A stretch of DNA of 64,000 nucleotides. Source: an uncultured Rikenellaceae bacterium. Lineage in GTDB: Bacteria > Bacteroidota > Bacteroidia > Bacteroidales > VadinHA17. The stretch lies in contig CAVYRA010000017.1 in assembly GCA_963770745.1 (NCBI GenBank), positions 129,642-193,641 on the forward strand, in the 5' to 3' direction. The notes below the pieces were generated by a model. It was not told the DNA's origin. It did not search any database and was given only the letters and a program-made list of their open reading frames with translations. A program made the position numbers and the translations under genes. Shown here piece by piece: positions 59,473-64,000 of the stretch (within the stretch, counting starts at the first letter, position 1; the number at the start of each line of letters is the position of its first letter).

Positions 59473-60687
59473 CTACCTGTAGAGGTAGACCGTGCCCCTG
59501 TATTCCCTGCCGGCATAATCAACCTCATCATAGCCGACGGCCCTGAGCACATAATAATAGGCTCCGGGTCCGGCACGGCGTTCTGAGTAATTGATCTTGC
59601 CGTCCCATCCCTGCCAGCTCTGCAGATCGTCACCATCACCCTGGTAGAAATAGACCCTGTGGCCGCTCTTGGCAAAGATCTGCAGGTTGAGGAACTTCAG
59701 CGATTTCTTGTCGGGGATGAAAAAGTCGTTCATGCCATCGTCATTGGGGGTAAAGACATTCGGGATCTGCAGCATCGATGGCAGGACTTTTATCTTCACG
59801 GTTGCCGAGTCGGTGCAGGTGAGCTCGCTCTCTATTACCAGCGTCACCGTGTATTCACCTGGTATATAATATTTATGTGTTCCGGGGTCAGGAAGATTCG
59901 ATACGGAATCATCACCGAACTTCCAGGTATACATTGTTCCCCTTACCGAGTTGTCGGTAAAAGTGACTTCGAGTGGCGCCTCTCCCTCGGTGGGGTCAGC
60001 CGTAAAGTCAGCCTTGACATGGATCGACTGGTAGTCAAAAGAAGAGGTTGTTGAGCAGCCGAAGCTGTCTGTTACTTCAAGCGTGTACCTCACATCCTCA
60101 AGCGGAGGGGAGAATGTAATAGGGTCTAATTCAAGGTCAGGATAGGGTATTACCGAGGCCGGTGATGATGACCAGAGGTGCCTCACCCCGTTGGGCAGGC
60201 GCCGTGATGCGTTGGTAGAGGGGTCATAATATGTGAAATGGTCCGGAGCGGCCGTGCCGTCGAGTGCCACGTAGTCACATGTGTAATGCCGCAGTGCAGC
60301 CGCTGCCACCGGGCTGTCAATGTTGACCCAGGCGTACAGTTGCGTGCTGTACCCACCTCCGTCGGTGATGGCTACCCTGTAGCCGCCCTCAGCAAGGCCG
60401 CTGGCTGCTGAGGTCACTCCCGACTCTGTCTTCACGGGTATCGTCTAGCCTCCTCCTGCCTGGTCATGCCTGGTCCAGGTAAAGGTGTAAGGAGCTGTTC
60501 CACCGGGACTGGCGGCTACAAGCGTGCCTGTGGCTGTGGGGCCGGAGGCACAGAAGATGAAGACAGGGTCCTGCCTGGCCGTGACCGGGTAGACTGTCAG
60601 ACGCATGGCACGACTGCCAGGGGCGGTTATCTGCGCCTGCAGTGCCAGCGGTAAGATGATGATTATGAAGGCAAGGTATCTTGACAC
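59473..60687 (-). pseudogene. T9SS type-B (gliding-motility-associated C-terminal domain) surface protein with PKD domain, interrupted by an in-frame TAG
   Basis: ORFs 60445-60687 (signal peptide, GTG start) and 59473-60435 share one frame. The only interruption is TAG at 60445-60447 (...TRHDQAGGG*TIPVKTESGV...). The C-terminus IPNVFTPNDDGMNDFF...GTVYLYR is the CHU_C/type-B sorting domain. Confidence 0.8.
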
Positions 60688-60777
60688 ACCTGATAAACGG
60701 ATTTACACACTTAAATGATATGCAAACCTAATAAAAAAATGCCGTTCTTTGGGGCATTAAAATCTCCATTCTCATTA

Positions 60778-63055
60778 ATGTTTCGCGACTATCTGAAAGA
60801 GCTTAACGAGGCACAGCAGGACGCCGTGGTCAATACCGAAGGTCCGGCCCTCGTCATTGCCGGCGCAGGCTCAGGCAAGACCCGGGTACTGACCTACCGC
60901 GTGGCTCACCTGCTGGCAAAGGGCGTCCCGGCCCACCGCATCCTGGCCCTGACATTCACCAACAAGGCAGCGGGCGAGATGAAGGAGAGAATCAACAGGA
61001 TAGTCGGGGCTGAGACGTCACGCAGCCTCTGGATGGGAACATTTCACTCCATCTTCGCCCGTTTCCTGAGACATGACGGACATTACCTCGGTTACAAAAG
61101 CAACTTCACCATCTATGACCAGGACAACACCAGAAGCCTGATCCGCACCATCATCCGGGAGATGAACCTTGATGATTCGTTGTATAAACCTGCATCCATA
61201 GCCGGCAGGATCTCGCATGCCAAGAACAACCTCATCACTGCGCAGCAGTATGGCTCCGTGTCACAGATAACAGAGTCAGACAAGGCCTCCAGGGTACCCG
61301 AGGCTGCCACAATCTACAGGAATTATGCAGCCCGGTGCTTCAAGGCCAATGCCATGGATTTTGATGACCTGCTGATGAACATCAACATCCTCTTCCGCGA
61401 TTTCCCCGCAGTGCTTGAGGAGTACCGCAACCGTTTCGACTACGTGCTGGTTGATGAATACCAGGATACCAATTATTCGCAGTATATAATCGTTCACAAG
61501 CTCTCGGAAAAGCACCGCAACCTGTGTGTTGTGGGCGATGACGCACAAAGTATCTACTCCTTCCGCGGGGCGCGCATTGAAAACATTCTCAACTTCAAGA
61601 ACGACTACCCCGACTACCGTCTCTTCAAGCTCGAGCAGAACTACCGTTCCACACAGACTATTGTCAATGCTGCCAACAGCATAATTGAAAAAAACGTCGG
61701 GCAGATAAAAAAGACGGTATACTCAAAGAACGATGAGGGTGAGAAGATAAGGGTTGTTCAGACGACCATCGACAGTGAGGAGGGTATTGTCACAGCATCT
61801 GATATACTAGACACGCGCATGCGCGAAAGGCTTGACTGGAAGGATTTTGCCATTCTCTACCGTACCAACGCACAGTCGCGCATCTTCGAGGAGATGCTGC
61901 GCAAACGCAACATCCCCTACAAGATCTACGGCGGACAGTCTTTTTACGAACGCAAGGAGATCCGTGACCTGATAGCCTACCTGAGACTGGTGGTCAATCC
62001 TGACGACGAAGAGGCTCTCAGGCGAGTCATCAACTACCCGAAGCGCGGCATAGGTGACACCACCGTACAAAAGCTCATGGAGCTGGCCAGGAGTCTTGAT
62101 GTCAGCATATGGTCAATCATCTCCTCCTCTCATTTGAGTGCGCAGTACCTTGCTCCCTCGCTGCGGGCGAAGGTGAGTCTCTTCACCGGTCTGCTGCGAC
62201 CTGTCATGGCAGCAGCTGAGACCTCCACGGCCTACGATGTGGCCAGCGGAATGGCATCGGCAAGCGGCATCATCACCGAGCTCAAGCAGGGGCAGGTGCC
62301 TGAGGAGATCGACAGGCTGGAGAACGTTCAGGAGCTGCTGAACGGTATCAAGGAGTTCACTGAGGCGGCCCTTACCAACGAAGAACCGGCAGACATTGCC
62401 ACCTGGCTGCAGTCGGTCTCGCTGCTCACCGACCAGGACCGTGGAGAAGCCGGAGGACAGGGACAAGGTGACACTGATGACCATCCATTCGGCCAAGGGA
62501 CTGGAGTTCAAGTATGTATATATTGTAGGATTGGAGGAGAACCTCTTCCCGTCAGCCATGAATCTCTACAATCCCAGGGAGCTCGAGGAGGAGCGCCGGC
62601 TGTTTTATGTGGCCCTGACCAGGGCATGTAAACGTGTCACGCTCAGTTATGCCCTGAACAGGTACAAATGGGGCACTCTTGAGAGGAGCTCTCCCAGCCG
62701 TTTCATCGGGGAGATCGAAAGTGAATATCTCTGGTATCCGCAGACAGGCGGCAGGCCATTCGGGCAGAGGACTGGATCTGACTTCCATCCGGTGCGCGAC
62801 AGGAGTGAACAATTCACAACGCCGCCGGCCCCGCCACCCGGAAAGATGACCAGGGTACGTGACGTTCACACAACGACAGTGCCTCAGGTCAATACGGATT
62901 TGGAACCAGGTGACAGGGTGACCCATGAACGCTTCGGTGAGGGAGAGGTTATAACTGTTGAAGGGGAGGCACCCAACACCACCGCCGTAATAGAATTCAA
63001 GTCCGCAGGAACGAAGAAACTGCTCCTGCGGTTTGCCAAGCTGACAAGGATCTGA
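60778..63055 (+). pseudogene. UvrD/PcrA/Rep-family ATP-dependent DNA helicase with one frameshift
   Basis: ORF 60715-62631 carries motifs I-IV (AGAGSGKT, DEYQDTN...). ORF 62396-63055, in the +1 frame, carries VTLMTIHSAKGLEF and YVALTRA. The junction is LLTDQD / VEKPEDRDK at 62437-62443. The likely start is the ATG at 60778 (MFRDYLKELNEAQ). Confidence 0.8.
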
Positions 63056-63103
63056 TTGGAGTTGACAAACAGGCCGCCCAACGATGCGGCCCGTCTAATA
63101 TGC

Positions 63104-63973
63104 CTATTTCTTCTTCTGCCCCCACTTGCCCATATCCATCTGTATAAGTGACACCCCGGCAAGGGATATTGAGTGTGTTGCGTTCAGGTCAACTTTAGTC
63201 ACCTCTGATTTTGTGGTCAGCTTGCCCTTTTCATAAGTCTCTGAGGCCAGGATGGCTCCCTTGACTTTTCCCTGGCCGTAGCCTCGGGGCATTCCCTGCT
63301 GGTTTCCCATCAATTTCTTGTTTCCGGGAAGCTTCAGGTCATCGGTAGCCCACACGTTTGAAACCATTTTGCCATCTTCCTCTGTCACTTCATATTCATC
63401 GCACCTGTATCCGCAAATGGTCTTCGTGCCTCCTGTTTTGCGAACCGTTACAGCATCCTCCGTCGCGGTGACCTCTTCCCCTGTGTCCGAAATGAGAGAA
63501 TCCGGTACGGTCATTATCATCCCCGTAGTACCTCCTTCCGTGACTGCCCAGGTAATCATCACCATATTTTTGGAATCAACTATTGATGTAGCACTGAGGG
63601 GTTGGCCCGCATCATCCGAGCTGGTCTGGCTCTCCATTCCTATATTTCCATTGGCGGCATCAAACCAGATGTCGACATCCATAATACCCGCAGGCTTGCC
63701 CTTATCAAATATCTCTGTCTTCATCTGCATCATACCCTTGAAGCTATAGTTTTCATCATACTTGGCCGTTACTTTGCCAACACCGAGCTTTGACATGTCG
63801 AACTGCCTTTCTTCCTCTGCCGGCTGGTTATCCTGCACGGTTGAGTCCGGTCCAAGAGCCTTGTTTACCGTCTCCTCAAGTTTCTTCTTCAGTTTGCTGC
63901 CGAGCTGTGCCTCTGCATTGAGTGGCAGGAAGAAAGCTGCAGCCATGAAAAGAATGAATCCTTTGGTCTTCAT
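63104..63973 (-). CDS. Secreted hypothetical protein (possibly DUF4412-like)
   Basis: 289 aa with signal peptide MKTKGFILFMAAAFFLPLNAEAQ. It is beta-rich, and my family assignment is only a weak recollection. Confidence 0.5.
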   Translation of the reverse strand: MKTKGFILFMAAAFFLPLNAEAQLGSKLKKKLEETVNKALGPDSTVQDNQPAEEERQFDMSKLGVGKVTAKYDENYSFKGMMQMKTEIFDKGKPAGIMDVDIWFDAANGNIGMESQTSSDDAGQPLSATSIVDSKNMVMITWAVTEGGTTGMIMTVPDSLISDTGEEVTATEDAVTVRKTGGTKTICGYRCDEYEVTEEDGKMVSNVWATDDLKLPGNKKLMGNQQGMPRGYGQGKVKGAILASETYEKGKLTTKSEVTKVDLNATHSISLAGVSLIQMDMGKWGQKKK

Positions 63974-64000
63974 GATGTTTATTTTTGTATTGAGAAGTAA

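Overview
This 64-kb window comes from a Bacteroidota chromosome. The evidence is gldD/gldE, a SusC/SusD pair, T9SS C-terminal sorting domains, TAnnTTTG-type -7 boxes, and the secY-map-infA-rpmJ gene order. It is mostly core genome. About 17.8 kb of the minus strand (21.1-38.9 kb) is an uninterrupted str/S10/spc/alpha ribosomal cluster running rpsL-rpsG-fusA-rpsJ...rplQ. This includes rpmJ, which falls below the ORF-track length cut-off. The left third carries rng (truncated at the window edge), a tiny bS22-like ORF, HU, ssb, gldE/gldD, a PPTase, a GGGP-synthase homologue, a PafA-like phosphatase, an M14 carboxypeptidase with a T9SS tail, ychF, an ECF sigma module, hisS, a hybrid sensor kinase, a PP2C phosphatase, a UbiD-family decarboxylase and eno. 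The right third is accessory-like. An EF-G paralogue with degenerate GTPase motifs sits divergent from rpsL. It is followed by an ~8.6-kb low-GC segment (ankyrin-metallophosphoesterase, SusD, SusC, TPR-LuxR regulator) bracketed by a 75-bp direct repeat that duplicates the paralogue's 3' end and terminator. After that come a membrane polyferredoxin, a TetR-TolC-MFP-RND-(PII-like) efflux operon, a T9SS type-B adhesin-like gene, a uvrD/pcrA helicase and a secreted hypothetical. I found no defence system, CRISPR array, tRNA, rRNA, transposase or integrase. The observations most worth following up are listed here.

- **Repeat-bracketed island:** the low-GC segment flanked by the 75-bp direct repeat.
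- **Heptad repeat family:** a dispersed intergenic repeat family built from 7-nt units, at 11.6 kb and 59.2 kb with a weak relative at 52.3 kb. One copy supplies the last codons of hisS.
- **Cluster of gene lesions:** six gene-breaking lesions (five frameshifts and one in-frame TAG) confined to 54.4-62.5 kb. I detected none in the other genes I hand-checked.
- **Tyrosine-rich insert:** an unusual Tyr-rich segment in a secreted hypothetical protein.

All calls come from reading the sequence and ORF track and from remembered family motifs. No database search was run. GC values are hand counts on a few sampled 60-nt lines.
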